Below, one piece after another: positions 24,545 through 36,907 of a DNA stretch of 64,000 nucleotides. Position numbers and translations under genes: made by a program. The stretch spans positions 17,112,001 to 17,176,000 of the forward strand of contig NC_043014.1 in the NCBI RefSeq assembly GCF_006345805.1, read 5' to 3'. The notes beneath the pieces were generated by a model. It ran no database searches. It saw only the letters and a program-made list of their open reading frames with translations, and was not told where the DNA came from. The DNA is from Octopus sinensis. Its lineage: Eukaryota. Each line of letters opens with the position of its first letter. Position 1 is the stretch's first letter.

Positions 24545-26790
24545 ATCATCGTTGTTGTCGTCATCATCATCATCGATTAGCGTCCGTTTTCCATGATGGC
24601 ATGGGTTGGACAGTTTGACTGAAGTCTTGGAGAGCCAGCTGCTGCAACAGGCTCCAATCTAGTCTAGCATAATTTCTACAGCTAAATGCCCTTCCTAACG
24701 CCAACTATTCTGGGAGTGTAGTGGGTGTTCTTTATGTCCCATCAGCACAGGAGCCAGCTAGCGGGTCACCGGCCCCCAACTACGGTATTGGTTTTACTTG
24801 ACTCAAGCATACTGCAAGCTTACGCATGTCCTCGGCATTCATGGCCCATGTTTCACTACCGTATAGCATGGCAGTTCACACACATGCATCATACAGTCCA
24901 CCTTTCCCCCTTAGTGAGGGGCCATTAGCTGCTAGCAGAGGTAGGAGCTGAATATGCCCAGCCTATTATTACTCTAGTTGCTACACTTGCAGAGTAATCA
25001 CTCCCACTACATACTTGGTCGCCTAGGTAGTAGAAAGTATTTACTACTTCTAGTTTCTTCCCCAGGCATGTAATGGAAGCTGTTTTCTGAACACCTTCAG
25101 TGTTTATTGCCCCACTGCATCTGCCACACACAAGAAATAATTTTCCCAGTTAACCTTCCTTTGATATTGCTGCACCTTTTATGTGTCCATAGCTTACACC
25201 GGGTGCATCGTATGGAGTTTCTGCCAATGCCTTTTCTACAGAGGAGTTTGTGATTTGACAGCCTGCACACTAACTAAAACTTTGGTTTGGCTAGGTTAAC
25301 CCTAAGGCCATTCAATTCTAGACTTTGCTTCCACGCCCTAACCTTTGGCTCCAGTTCCAGCAGTGACTCTGCTATTAGTGCAAGGTCATCAGCATAGAGG
25401 AGCAGCCTGTCTTGAATTCCTCTGTTATTGCCTGGAGAACTATAATGAATAAGAGGGGGCTGAGGACTGATCTTAGGTTGACCCTTACCCCTACCCGATA
25501 TTCTTCACTGTACTCGTTGCCAACCGTCTCCTTACTGTACATGGCTTGTACAGCTCTCAATAAACATTCATCCATCCCTAGTCTCCTCATTGACCACCAG
25601 ATAGGGGATCGGGGGACCCTGTCAATGAAAGCCAGGTACAGTTTTATCTTGGACTAGCTATTTCTCCTGCATCTGTCTTATCAGAAATATAGCATCAGTG
25701 GTGCTTTCCCCTGGCACGAACCGAAACTGCATCCCTCCCTAATTACTTGGGCTATGACCCTCTCCGTGACCTTCATTACCTGATCCAACAACTTGATACC
25801 TCTGTAATTATTTGTATCTAATGCGTCACCTTTACCTTTGTTAGCAGTTGACTATGGTGCTGCTACACCAGTCATTGGGTATGACTCCTTCATGTATCAC
25901 CTGGTTGACTAGGCTATAGCCAACACCACCAGATATTTTGAGCATCTCTGTGGTGATTCCTGATTGTCCAGGGGCTTTCCCTGTCTTCATACCCTTAATT
26001 GCTTTACCTACCAAGGCACTGTCAATTTAAATAGACAGCTGGTCTCTCTGTTGGGCCGGCATTCAGCAGACTCTCTTTCTCACATTCATTCACTTTATTT
26101 AGCAAACTTTCATAATGGCGTCTCCAAACCTGTCTCTTTGCAGTTCCGTTTAAAGCAAGTGAACCGTCACCCATGAGGACACATTTCTCTTCTAGGACAA
26201 CGCGATTCTCTCTCACACACTGTCTGGCAACAGGAAAATACTTCAAGTCTTTGGTCATCACGGCGCAGAACATTGGTAAATTTTTCCTTATCTGCTTACC
26301 CTCTGGCCAAATAAACCTATCTCCTAGCTTCCCTTTTGGCAGTCTGATACAATTCCCTGCTATCACCGGTCTTCCAGTCCTTCAAAGCCTGTTTCTTTTC
26401 CTTACTAGCCCTGTCAACAACATTGTTCCACCACCACGTTACCTTGGGTTGAGAGGAGACTTTGCACCATCCACAGATCTGGTCACTAGCGCTCAAAAGG
26501 TTGTCCTCTAGAAACCTCCAGTTGTCTTCCACAGCTTTGAGTAATATGTCTCTCAATCTCTTTTTGCAGGATCCTTAAGCTTCCAGACCCTTCTCCTCCA
26601 TTCTGGTCGTCTTCTGGGCATCCATTTAGCCCTGATCCTGAAGTCACTAACTACTAATCTATGTTGTGGGGTACATTCTTCACCTTGGACTTTTTGGGCA
26701 TTTACAAGTAGTTGTCTTTCCTGTTTCCTAGTGAGGATGTAGTCAATTTGGCTAGTGTGTCTACCAGATTGGTAGGTGACTAAATGGCCC
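24545..26790 (-). mobile_element. Second, more decayed RTE copy in opposite orientation
   Basis: Minus ORFs VTWWWNNVVDRA, SVLSPLLFIIVLQAITEEFKTG and MCGRCSGAINT..YLGDQV; tail at 24545-24830. Confidence 0.92.
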
Positions 26791-28117
26791 TGAATATGCT
26801 AATCGATTACCATTTAGTAATTATGATACTTCTACAATTGAAGATAATTTTAATAAATAATGAATTTATGTATTGTGGCATTTGATACTTGTCAATTGTC
26901 TACATTGTTCACATAAATGCCAGTACCAGGCAGAGGTGGTTTCCAGCAGTAAGAGAAGCTTAAGAATAAATAAATGGAAATTTGTCGGCAGAACAAAGTT
27001 AGTAACCTTACACTCTCAGTGTTGTGATGAGAGTCAAGGTACCCACTTGTGAGGAATGGACTGAACCGAGAGAGTGTATATAGTTTGTGTTATTTCATAG
27101 TGAAGTTCGAGAGTGTGGGTTGGTTTGTTCATTTGGAATATTTGTTGGTTCTTGAGAGATAGTTACGTTGTTATTGCTGCTGCATTATCTTATTTTATCA
27201 CACTGATACCACATATTTCAGGCCATTATCGCAATAGTGGTGGTACTACTATATTGGATACAAACCATGTTACAGCATCTGGCAACAAAAGGCTCAAAGA
27301 TCACGTAGCATGTAATTCACCTGCAAACTAAGCATTAAATCAGTTTAGTTATTTCGTGTTGCATATACGTTCATAATTACCAATAACTGTCATGTTCCCA
27401 GACAATTCTTAAGAACAAAATAAAAACTTTGATATACAGTGTCAGTTATGAGGGGATGATGTCATTCACCCGCTTGTTTCAGCCTGGCTTTTTTTGTCTA
27501 TGTCATGAAGGAGGGTTGTGTGGGTGAATGATATCGTATACCAATATCAAAGGATTTCTGTTATTACTCGAATTGTTATTATGATTTTAGGATTGCAGCT
27601 GAAAATTGAACGTGGGTTCCCAAACAGTGCGTTACCACATATTGAAGTTTCGTAAGATATAGAGGTGTGGCAAAAATATAAAAGTTTTATTTTGTAAATG
27701 AAAATTACAAACTGAAATTCTAAATATACAATGCTTCATTTATTGAGTAAAGATCTCAATATCTAATAATTTGCTATAGTTTAAAAGGCTTACTTGTTAC
27801 CCACGCTGTTTACAATTTTCAAACGAACGTTAAGCATGTCACAAAATAGCTGTCTACGTCACAGTAACACTATGCAGCTAATGATTTCAGATCAAAACAG
27901 ACAATACGATTGGTTGAAATTCGCAGATTTAAACTACGTTTAAACTTACAAAATAAAATTTTCTCAAAAAAACTAGTTGAAACTAATGTTTTCTTTTGAC
28001 ACATTCTACCAGTATATGAAGTTTCAAATTATTTAGTTAACTAGAAAATTCTGTCCATCTTTTAGAAAAGATCCCACAAAATATATTTAATATATATGCA
28101 TATATATATATATCTAT

Positions 28118-28945
28118 CATACCTTCCTTCTTGTGACACTTGTGAAGACCGGTTGAGGCAAGTGAAAATCAAATCAAATCAAATCAAATCAAATCAAATC
28201 AAAATAGACAAAATAGATGAACATCAATGGAATTTGTATCTTGTGGTACCAGTGCCTGTGGCACACAAGAAATCCATCAGTGCTGTAGTCAGTGCGGTGG
28301 GCACATGACAAACACCATCCGATCGTGGCCGTTCGCCAGCCTCATCTAGCACCTGTGTCGGTGGCACATAAAACAACATCCGAAGACCCGGCAAGACTAG
28401 TCAGGCCATAACCCATGGCCCCTACCTGGGACGTAGTCAGTCCACCTGTGCATACCTTCCTTCTTGTGACACTTGTGAAGACCTGTTGAGGCAAGTGAAA
28501 ATCAAATCAAAACAAATCAAAATAGATGAACATCAATGGAATTTGTATCTTTGTGGTACCAGTGGCACGTGGCACACAATAAAACCATCCGAACGTGGCC
28601 GTAGCCAGTACCGCATCGACTGGCCTCCGTGCTGTGGGCACGTAACAAGCACCATCCGATCGTGGCCGTTTGCCAGCCTCATCCGGCACCTGTGTCGGTG
28701 GCACATAAAAACACCATCCGAGCGTGGCCGTCTGCCAGCCTCGTCTGGCACCTGTGTCGGTGGCACATAAAATCACCCACTACACTCTCGGAGTGGTTGG
28801 CGTTAGGAAGGGCATCCAGCTGTAGAAACACTGCCAGATCTGACTGGACTGGTGCAGGTTTCGGGCTCCCCAGACCCTAGTTGAACCGTCCAACCCATGC
28901 TAGCATGGAAAGCGGACGTTAAATGATGATGATGATGATGATTAT
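28118..28945 (+). mobile_element. Tandemly duplicated RTE 3'-UTR copies with (ATCAA)n and (GAT)n tail
   Basis: cataccttccttcttgtgacacttgtgaagacc occurs at ~28118 and ~28451; tail gatgatgat at ~28925. Confidence 0.85.
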
Positions 28946-29032
28946 ATAAGTATTTAGGGTAAAACCCAGCTGTATCCTCATTAATGTGTAATAGAGAATA
29001 AATAATACCAAAAACTTCTATTTTCCTGTTCT

Positions 29033-29079
<47 letters not shown>

Positions 29080-29559
29080 GCCGCAGTTTATCAAGATATA
29101 TCTTCTTCCACATAAGAAAAGTTTTCGAGTTGAGTAAAAAAATGGCAGGAAGAAGCGCGTGGATATATACAACTGTATATTTTAATATGAACACAAAGAA
29201 ACAGGGTTGTTGCCGCTGGAGGTGGGCAGGATGAGCAGGGGAACGCAGAGTGTCCTGTTGAGTGGTGTTGGAGATATGAGAGTACCAGGTACTCAACCAC
29301 TGGTCTTTGTATAGGTACTCGTAGAGTAAACAGATGATGGTAATTGAAATACAAGTGGTAGAGACCATGGAGGAGAATCCAAAATTTTGCAAAAAGTTCC
29401 TCATTCGTTGTAGGAATATTTCTTGGTTCTTAAGATTTGAATCATTGATATAAAAGCAGGAAGTAGAAATATAATGCTGACAGGAAAATATAGAGTGTGC
29501 AGTAGTAGTAGGAGGGATGTAACAAGGATGGCTGTGTGACAAACCCCACTGAGGACAAC

Positions 29560-30115
29560 TGGTGTGTTTACATCTCCGTAACTTAGCGGTTCGGCAAAAG
29601 AGACCAATAGAATAAGTACTAGACTTAAAAGAATAAGTCTTGGGCTTGATTTCTTCGACTGAAGGCGGTGCTCCAGCATGGCCACAGTCAAATGACTGAA
29701 ACAAGTAAAAGAGTAATTGATCAACTCTGAATGTTTACTTCACAATCATGTGATTCTGGGTTCAGTCCCACTATGTGGCACTTTGAACAAGTGTCTCCTA
29801 CTATAGCTCTGGGCCATCCAAAGCTTTGTCACTGTATTTGGTAGATAGAAACTGAAAAAAGCCCATCATGTGAATATATATATATGTCCATGTGTTTGCG
29901 TTTGTGTCTGTCCTCCACTACCACTTGACAATGGGTGTTAGTTTATTTACAGCCCCATAACTTAGCGGTTCAGCATAAGAGGCCGACTGAATAAGTAGCA
30001 GGCACAAAATGAAAAAGTAAGTACTGGGGTTGATTTGTTCGAGTAAATACCATTCAAGGCAAGTGCCCACGCATGACCAAAGCCCAACAACTGAGTCAAG
30101 TAAAAGGCTAAGACA
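29560..30115 (+). mobile_element. Two tandem SINE family A copies
   Basis: Tails tgactgaaacaagtaaaagag (~29700) and core ctgggttcagtccc (~29757). Confidence 0.8.
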
Positions 30116-30221
30116 AGCTTAGAGTAAAGGGGTTCCAGGATCAAGCATGTAACTATACACCACCTTGTGAGTGTAACGCTCTAGGCACATAAAATTTGCA
30201 TATATAAATATATGACTTTTA

Positions 30222-30600
30222 CTCTTTTATTTGTTTCAGTCATTTGACTGCAGCCATGCTGGAGCACCTCCTTTAGTCAAACAAATCGACCCCAGGACTT
30301 ATTCTTTGTAAGCCTAGTACTCATTCTATCAGTCTCTTTTGCTGAACTGATAAGTTCAGCAAAAGCAGCATTGGTTGTCAAGTGATGGTGGAGGGACAAA
30401 CACAGACACAAATAACAAATACACACACACACACACATACGCAAGACGGGCTTCTTTCAGTTTCCATCTACCAAATCCACGTACAAAGCTTTGGTCGGCC
30501 CGAGGCTATAGAAGAAAACACTTACTCAAGGTGCCACACAGTGGGACTGAACCCAGAACCATGTGGTTGGTAAGCAAGCTACTTACCATATAGCCACTGC
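30222..30600 (-). mobile_element. Full-length SINE family A
   Basis: Reverse complement of head and tail, both present. Confidence 0.88.
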
Positions 30601-30713
30601 TGCACCTATAAAGATATATGTCTTTTATCTTTTACTTGTTTCAATCATTAGACTGTGGCCATGCTGGGGCACTGCTTTGAAGAATTTTTAGTTGACTGAA
30701 TCGATTCTAGTAC

Positions 30714-30782
30714 TTATTCTATCAGTCTGTCTTCATTTTCGTTGTCCACATCGCTGGTGGATGAGTCAAATACAGATGTCGG
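30714..30782 (-). CDS. KIF4: KIF4-like kinesin, putative last coding exon PTSVFDSSTSDVDNENEDRLIE*
   Basis: Strong acceptor cttctttctgttctttcAG. Phase 0 matches the upstream exon. Acidic/Ser-rich. The last codons and stop lie in a SINE fragment (30615-30727). Confidence 0.55.
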   Translation of the reverse strand, partial: PTSVFDSSTSDVDNENEDRLIE

Positions 30783-31269
30783 CTGAAAGAACAGAAAGAA
30801 GAACGTTGTCAATATTTAATTGAAAAATCATTATAAAAACACAACTGGCACAATTAATCATTCATAGGTAATGGTGTAGAAGGAAAGGATAAAGAAGAAC
30901 CACTCTACATTTGCCATTTTCCTTTCTTTCCAAATTTCATGCAGCACACTCACTCTCCACCACAGTATGGGTTAACAAATCCCAAAACATCTCCAACCCA
31001 ATACTGTCAATTCCATCACATTCAAACAGTGTACACCAGAAATAGTTCTTATTCAGACCTTTTTCTTTTCTTTTTTCAAATATCTACAATCAAGCAAAGG
31101 TGTGGCCATGCAGAGTTCAGTCCCACTGCATGGCACCTCAGATACTCGTCTTCTACAATAGCCTGGGTCAACCAAAGCCTTGTGAGTGCATCTCGCAGAT
31201 GGAAAATGAAAGAAGCTTATCATGTGTGTGTGTGTCACTAGGAGTTAACCATGAAACATCTGTCTGCTA

Positions 31270-31585
31270 AGAGTCCATCATACATCTATTAACTAAGAGT
31301 CCATCAGACACATCTAGTCTCTGGGAGTCCACTACATCTTGTCACAAAAGAGTCCATCATACACAGCCAGCCACCAGAAGTTAATCATACATTTAGTCAC
31401 TATGGGCTCCTCATACATCTATCTAATAAGAGTCCAAGATACACATCTAGCCACTATGGGTTCCTCATATTTCTATCTACTATGAGTCCAAGATACACAT
31501 CTAGCCACTGGAGGTCTACCATACATTTATCAACTAAGAGTCCTCCATACATCTAGTCACTATGAACCACTTTTAGCCACTAGGA
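31270..31585. repeat. Degenerate minisatellite (aagagtccatcatacatctagccact-like units)
   Basis: About a dozen diverged units visible by eye. Confidence 0.7.
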
Positions 31586-32395
31586 GCTGTACATGGGAGA
31601 GCATTGCCACTAGAATAAGAATAGCCTGGGCAAAGTTCAGAAAGCTTCTACCCCTGCTGGTGACAAAGGGCCTCTCGCTCAGAGTGAAAGGTAGATTGTA
31701 CGATGCATGTATATGAACTGCAATGCTTCACGGTAGTGAAACATGGGCCGTAACTGCTGAAGACATGCGTAGGCTTGAAAGAAATGAAGCTAGCATGATT
31801 CACTGGATGTGTAATGTCATGTACTACGGATGGATGAGGAGAGATGTGTGAAGAAGTGCCACTCCCAAACAGTTCAAGGAATCTGGGGTAGAGGTATACC
31901 CAGGAAGACATGTAATGAGGTGGTCAAGCATGACCTTCAAACGTTGGGCCTCACAGAGGCAAAGACAAAAGACTGAAACCTGTGACTGAGAAGACCCAGC
32001 AAATAAAGTGAGTTCACAGCTGTAACCTACACCAGTGTCGCATAACCAGCCAACTCAAAAGTACCTTGGATTGTAGGGTGACATGCCATGCTTGAGGAGA
32101 CCTATTGAGTCAAGTACATCAAAACCAAAATCAAATGCCGGTGGAATGTAAAAAGCACCATCAGAACGTGGCCGATGGCAGCGCTGCATTGACTGGTTTC
32201 CGTGCCAGTGGCATGTAAAAAGCACCCACTACACTCTTGGAGTGGTTGGCGTTAGGAAGGGCATCCAGCTATAGAAACACTACCAGATCAGACTGGAGCC
32301 TGGTGCAGCCTCCTGGCTTGCCAGACCCCAGTCGAACCGTCCAACCCATGCCAGCATGGAAAAAAGATGTTAAACGATGATGATGATGATGATGA
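31585..32395 (+). mobile_element. 5'-truncated RTE copy (RT C-terminus + tail)
   Basis: aggatagcctgggcaaagttcag-type motif and DACI*TAMLHGSETW match 22970-23110; (GAT)n tail at ~32380. Confidence 0.85.
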
Positions 32396-32689
32396 CTGAT
32401 CCAGTTTGCAATTAGTACTATTTTATCAACTCTCTCCACCCCCACCCCAAAAAAAGGATGAATGGTTAAAGCCAACTTGGTGGGGTTTGGACTCTAATAA
32501 TAACTATCCTTATTTTGACACAAAGCCTGAAATTTGAGGGGTGGAGAGGTTGATTACACTGATCCCAGTGCCCCACTGGTATTTATTTTATTGACCCCAC
32601 ACCCCGCCCCAAACAATGAAAGGCAAAATTGACCTCAGGAGCATTTCATTCCAAACAATAATAATCCTTTCTACTAAAGACACAAGGCC

Positions 32690-32880
32690 TGGAGTTCGGG
32701 GTCAAGGGGCTAATTGATTACATCAACCTCAGTGTTCCACCAGTACTTAATTTATAGATCTTGAAAGGACGAAAGGTAAAGTCAACCTTGACGGAAATTG
32801 AACTCAGGGTGTAGCAGCAGACGAAATACCACTAAGCATTTTGCTTGGCATGCTAACGATTCTGCCAGCTCTCCGCTTTA
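32690..32880 (-). mobile_element. SINE family B (MetaSINE-type core), decayed
   Basis: Reverse complement of the gtcgactttgcctttcatcctttcggggtcgataaattaagtac core. Confidence 0.7.
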
Positions 32881-32923
32881 CCCCAAACAACAACAACAAC
32901 AACAACAATAATAATTAAAATAC

Positions 32924-33034
32924 CTTATTTTCACAATTAGCACAAGAACATGAAGGCAAACAGAACGCTGTCTTCTTGAAACATGGGCAAACTTTGGATT
33001 TGCATTTACTGAGTAAACACCTGCAACTTTTCAA
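32924..33034 (-). CDS. KIF4: KIF4-like exon: Cys-rich CXC tail LKSCRCLLSKCKSKVCPCFKKTAFCLPSCSCANCENK
   Basis: AG/GT bounded, 111 bp, phase 0/0. CxC...C..C.C.K....C...C.C..C.N spacing matches the KIF4 C-terminal Cys-rich domain. Confidence 0.9.
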
Positions 33035-33574
33035 CTGAAAAAGAAAAACAAAAAAAGTTCTAATGAGAAAAATATATCTCCTCACTTCAGAATTTGACAA
33101 TTATTCCCAATATGCTTTTATTGCTCCACCCACTTACACTTGATATCTTTTAACCATTCTCTCCACTTACTCCCAATAGGCTTTTACCTCTATCTATTTT
33201 CTAATATTTGTGTTTCTCCACCCACTTTTCCCAATAGCTCCCCAACACCATGTCCATATACCCCCAACACCATGTCCATATACCCCCAACACCCTCTCAC
33301 TTCTCAACCCACATGCTTTGGATATCTTTTCATTTCTCCACCTATACATTCCTAATACCCTTTCATCTTCCTACCTTTATCATTCTTCGAATTCTCTGCC
33401 CTATCACTACTCCTTAATCTCTGCCCTTTTTGATATCAAACCCTTTTTTTTCAAGTCATATGTACAAATTCTAACCAACTCTAATAACATTGCAAGTTTA
33501 ACTTGCAAACAATTGCCTAAAAATATTTAATTTCACAGAATATTGCAAACAACACAGTACATACATTCATTTAA

Positions 33575-33795
33575 CCCTTTTGTTACCAAATTTCTGTTGA
33601 GATGCTCTGTGTTTCTTTCAATTATTTCAGATATAACAAAGAATTTAGTAAAATAACTTAGTTATTATTAAGCTAGTGTTAGGAACATAAATTGAGACTA
33701 AGGTTTGGCGGAAGATTTTAATTCAAAATTTATGGCAACAAGACATTTGTACCACAGAGCCAGAGGCAGTTTCAGCTGGGTTGGTATCAAAAGGG
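33575..33795. mobile_element. Complete piggyBac-type MITE (family B)
   Basis: ttaa|CCCTTTTGTTACCA...TGGTATCAAAAGGG|ttaa. Confidence 0.85.
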
Positions 33796-34042
33796 TTAAA
33801 CGAATATTATTTATCAAGAATAATCCTTTTAATATTACAAAACTCAGTTAGATCTCCAGAGAAAATTTTAAATTCCAACAAGAAAATGTCATGAAAGCTG
33901 GTACTGGACCCTTTCCCAATACGATAATCTATGGTCGTTTCCCCACAACTCTTGCTGTACGTTGCTGGAACATTTCACTACCAGGAAAGCAATTGTCTAG
34001 GATTTCCTCCTTATTCAGACATTAATTTATATCTGTACAGAG

Positions 34043-34411
34043 CAGAGGTTCTCAAAGAAGGTTATCCCACCTCCAAGGAGGTGCAGTGAGGTAACATAAT
34101 AAACATACTAAATTCTACCAATAGTAGTAATTATATTATACATAATAAACCTAGTAATGGTTATTAAAATAAAATGAGACCTCATCTGGTACAGGGAAGT
34201 CACTAACTTGTATAATGTAAATTTACAACTTGTGTCTTTATCAATTTTTTGATCCTTTCACTGTTAAAAGCTTATACAATCCACTTTTAGAGTAAGATTA
34301 TCATCTCTGTTCAGTTAAGTAAGTTGTGATACCTCAAACATCACTTAGATGAGAACTAGGCATAACAACTACTTAAAAAGGAGTGCTAAAAAAAAAGTTA
34401 AGAACCAGTGG
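34043..34411. mobile_element. Decayed hAT-type MITE
   Basis: Ends cagaggttctcaaa ... aagttaagaaccagtg. The flanking 8-mers do not match exactly. Confidence 0.45.
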
Positions 34412-35035
34412 TCTTGAAGGGTCTGCAAGAGAAAATGGGCACCAAGCATTCTTTTCTGACTCAAGTAAATTAAAAAGAAAAGAAATACCATTTTCGTTAT
34501 TTTCTCCTCTATCCTTTACACTGTGAAGTGGGGGGGGGGGTAAGGAATGCTTTTAGGTTGTTTCTTAATCTAAACAAAAAGTGAGCCAAGAGAAATAATT
34601 GAAGCCAGTAGCATGTATATGTACATTGTAGACAAATATGGGTATATCAAATACCATACAATATAAATTCTTGATTTATTAAAATTCTCTGCTTCTAGAG
34701 GATGTGCCACAATTACCAAATAGTAATTTAAGACCAGCACCATGTGAGAAGGGGAGATAATCTAAACTACCAAAACTCCTCCATTTACTAGTATTAGACC
34801 TTAAGCATCCATCATTTGTGAAGACTGACTCAAGCCATAATTTCATAAATTATGACAAATGGAAATAAGCATCACATAAAACTGTGTAAATTACAGAAAA
34901 AAAAAAAAAAAAAAATCACAAGCATAAAGAATTCCTGACAGAATGTGTGTAATAGCCAGAGTTGATTACAGCCAAATATGAAGTGTAAATTTTGAAAAAT
35001 TCTAAACTCACAGGTTTTGCTTGTTTCTAGGTCAC

Positions 35036-35128
35036 TTTCATATAAGGTGTGTCGAATTCCATCGAGCTATCAGGGTGATAGTCTGGGTCATTATCTAAAA
35101 CATCTAGAGTGTCAGGAACAAAAAAGGT
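35036..35128 (-). CDS. KIF4: KIF4-like exon TFFVPDTLDVLDNDPDYHPDSSMEFDTPYMK
   Basis: Acceptor atttctttttAG; the only open frame; 93 bp, phase 0/0. Weak donor AAA|GTGACC. Acidic linker preceding CXC, as in KIF4. Confidence 0.65.
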
Positions 35129-36046
35129 CTAAAAAGAAATAGATATACAAAAATAGTCAATAAATATGAAAATTTAAACTTTTATTATCATTATTTGATA
35201 TATACTTTCCAAATTTAGTCTTTGATAACGAATTTTTTTATTTAATTATCCATCCATAGATAAATACAGATGTAGCTGTGTGATTGAGAAGTTTGCTTCC
35301 CAACCAATTTTGGGTTCAACCATACCTTAGGCAAGTGTCTTATAGCCCCAGGCCAACCAAAGCCTTGTGAGTTTATCTCCTAAGACATAAACATGAAGAA
35401 ATATCAGTGTGTGCAAGTGCCTCTCTTAACATCACATGATTGTTAAAACATTCATTTCCAGTATTGTGCAAAAATATGCCTGGGCTTGGTGAAATATTAG
35501 CTTGCTTAGAAAAGGCAAAGGTTTGTGACAGGAAGGGCATCCGGTCATAGAAAAATCTACCACCATAATTCCAGTCCAATTCATGCAACCAAGAGAAAGT
35601 GGATGATGACATCTAAATGCTGAAATTTTGTCATCAAAATATCATTTAAAATCTTTAAGCCCCAAAAGACTAAATGACATAGTAAAGTGGCATTAGTCAC
35701 AGACACCAGTCTCCCTGGGACATAAAAAAATTAACTTCATTTCTAGTACAAAAACATTGCAAGGAGTCTATTTTTTAATATATCACACAATTCAAATTGT
35801 AATTAATATCAGCTAAGTTGAAAAATAAGAAATATTTGAGGAAATATTTAAACCTTAAGCATTTAAACTAGCCATATCCAGCAAAAATATTCTACCTGTT
35901 CTAAGTTAAAACTGACCAGATTCAACCTCTCACACGTACCTACAATGTCATTCTAAAAATATACAAGCACCATTGAAGTCTTGAAGCCATGAAATAATGC
36001 ATGATTAATTCCAAAACAATGTGAAGAAAGAAGCAATAAATTGGAC

Positions 36047-36290
36047 AAAGGTGGCGAGCTGGCAGAAACGTTAGCACACCGGGTGAAATGCTTAGCGGTA
36101 TTGCGTCTGTCGTTGCGTTCTGAGTTCAAATTCCGCCGAGGTCGACTTTGCCTTTCATCCTTTCGGGGTCGATAAATTAAGTACCAGTTACGCACTGGGG
36201 TCGATGTAATCGACTTAATCCGTTTGTCTGTCCTTGTTTGTCCCCTCTATGTTTAGCCCCTTGTGGGCAATAAAGAAACAAATAAATTGG
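36047..36290 (+). mobile_element. SINE family B (tRNA head + MetaSINE-type core)
   Basis: ggtggcgagctggcagaaacgttag...gagttcaaattcc...gcctttcatcctttcggggtcgataaattaagtacca; another copy at ~55522-55730. Confidence 0.85.
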
Positions 36291-36353
36291 ACAAAGAAAT
36301 TTGAAAGCTAAACGGTTAAAAGAGAAACAGAAAAAAGAAAAATAACTACTAAC

Positions 36354-36437
36354 ATTATGTGCTCCGTGTACACCATTTGGCACTGGGCTCTCTTCTTCCT
36401 CTGACCCATTTTGCAGTTGTTTTAGTAAAAACGATAT
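36354..36437 (-). CDS. KIF4: KIF4-like exon ISFLLKQLQNGSEEEESPVPNGVHGAHN
   Basis: AG/GT, 84 bp, phase 0/0; matches KIF4 VLYLLSQLQ. Confidence 0.85.
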
Positions 36438-36690
36438 CTGTAATTTAAACAAATTCAAACTTACCATTTGTTAAAAACTGCCACAGACAACATCTACATC
36501 TGTCCTCTCTATACCTCAAATCTTTCAACTAGCACAAAGCCATACCATCTTAAATGCCACTCTCCCTATCCCAGTTGAGGAGTTCTTGGCTTGCAGGGTA
36601 CTAGGTAGTCATGTCAGAGCTTGTACCACATAAAAAGCACCCTGTACACTCTGTAAAGAGTTAGGAAGGATATCCAAACAATGAAAGCGA

Positions 36691-36907
36691 GCATGGGTTG
36701 GATGGTTTGACAGGAGCTGGCAAGACCAAGAGCAACACTTGGTTCCATATTCTGTTTTGGTATGGTTTTATCATCATCATCATCGTTTAACGTCTGGAAA
36801 ACGGACGTTAAACGATGATGATGATGATGAAACCATACCAAAACAGAATATGGAACCAAGTGTTGCCCTTGGTCTTGCCAGCTGTTGTCAAACCATCCAA
36901 CCCATGC
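36691..36907. repeat. Near-perfect ~104-bp-arm palindrome built from RTE tail sequence
   Basis: Arms 36691-36794 and 36804-36907, with a 9-nt loop. Confidence 0.9.

Noticed and set aside
34488-34522. Possible 32-bp minus-strand mini-exon (ag|TGTAAAGGATAGAGG...AAATG|gt)
   Set aside because: Its phase (2/1) is incompatible with the phase-0 neighbours unless other unseen exons exist.
36460-36500. Donor-like ATG|GTAAGT upstream of the 36437 exon
   Set aside because: It would need a ~28-bp intron and has no acceptor.
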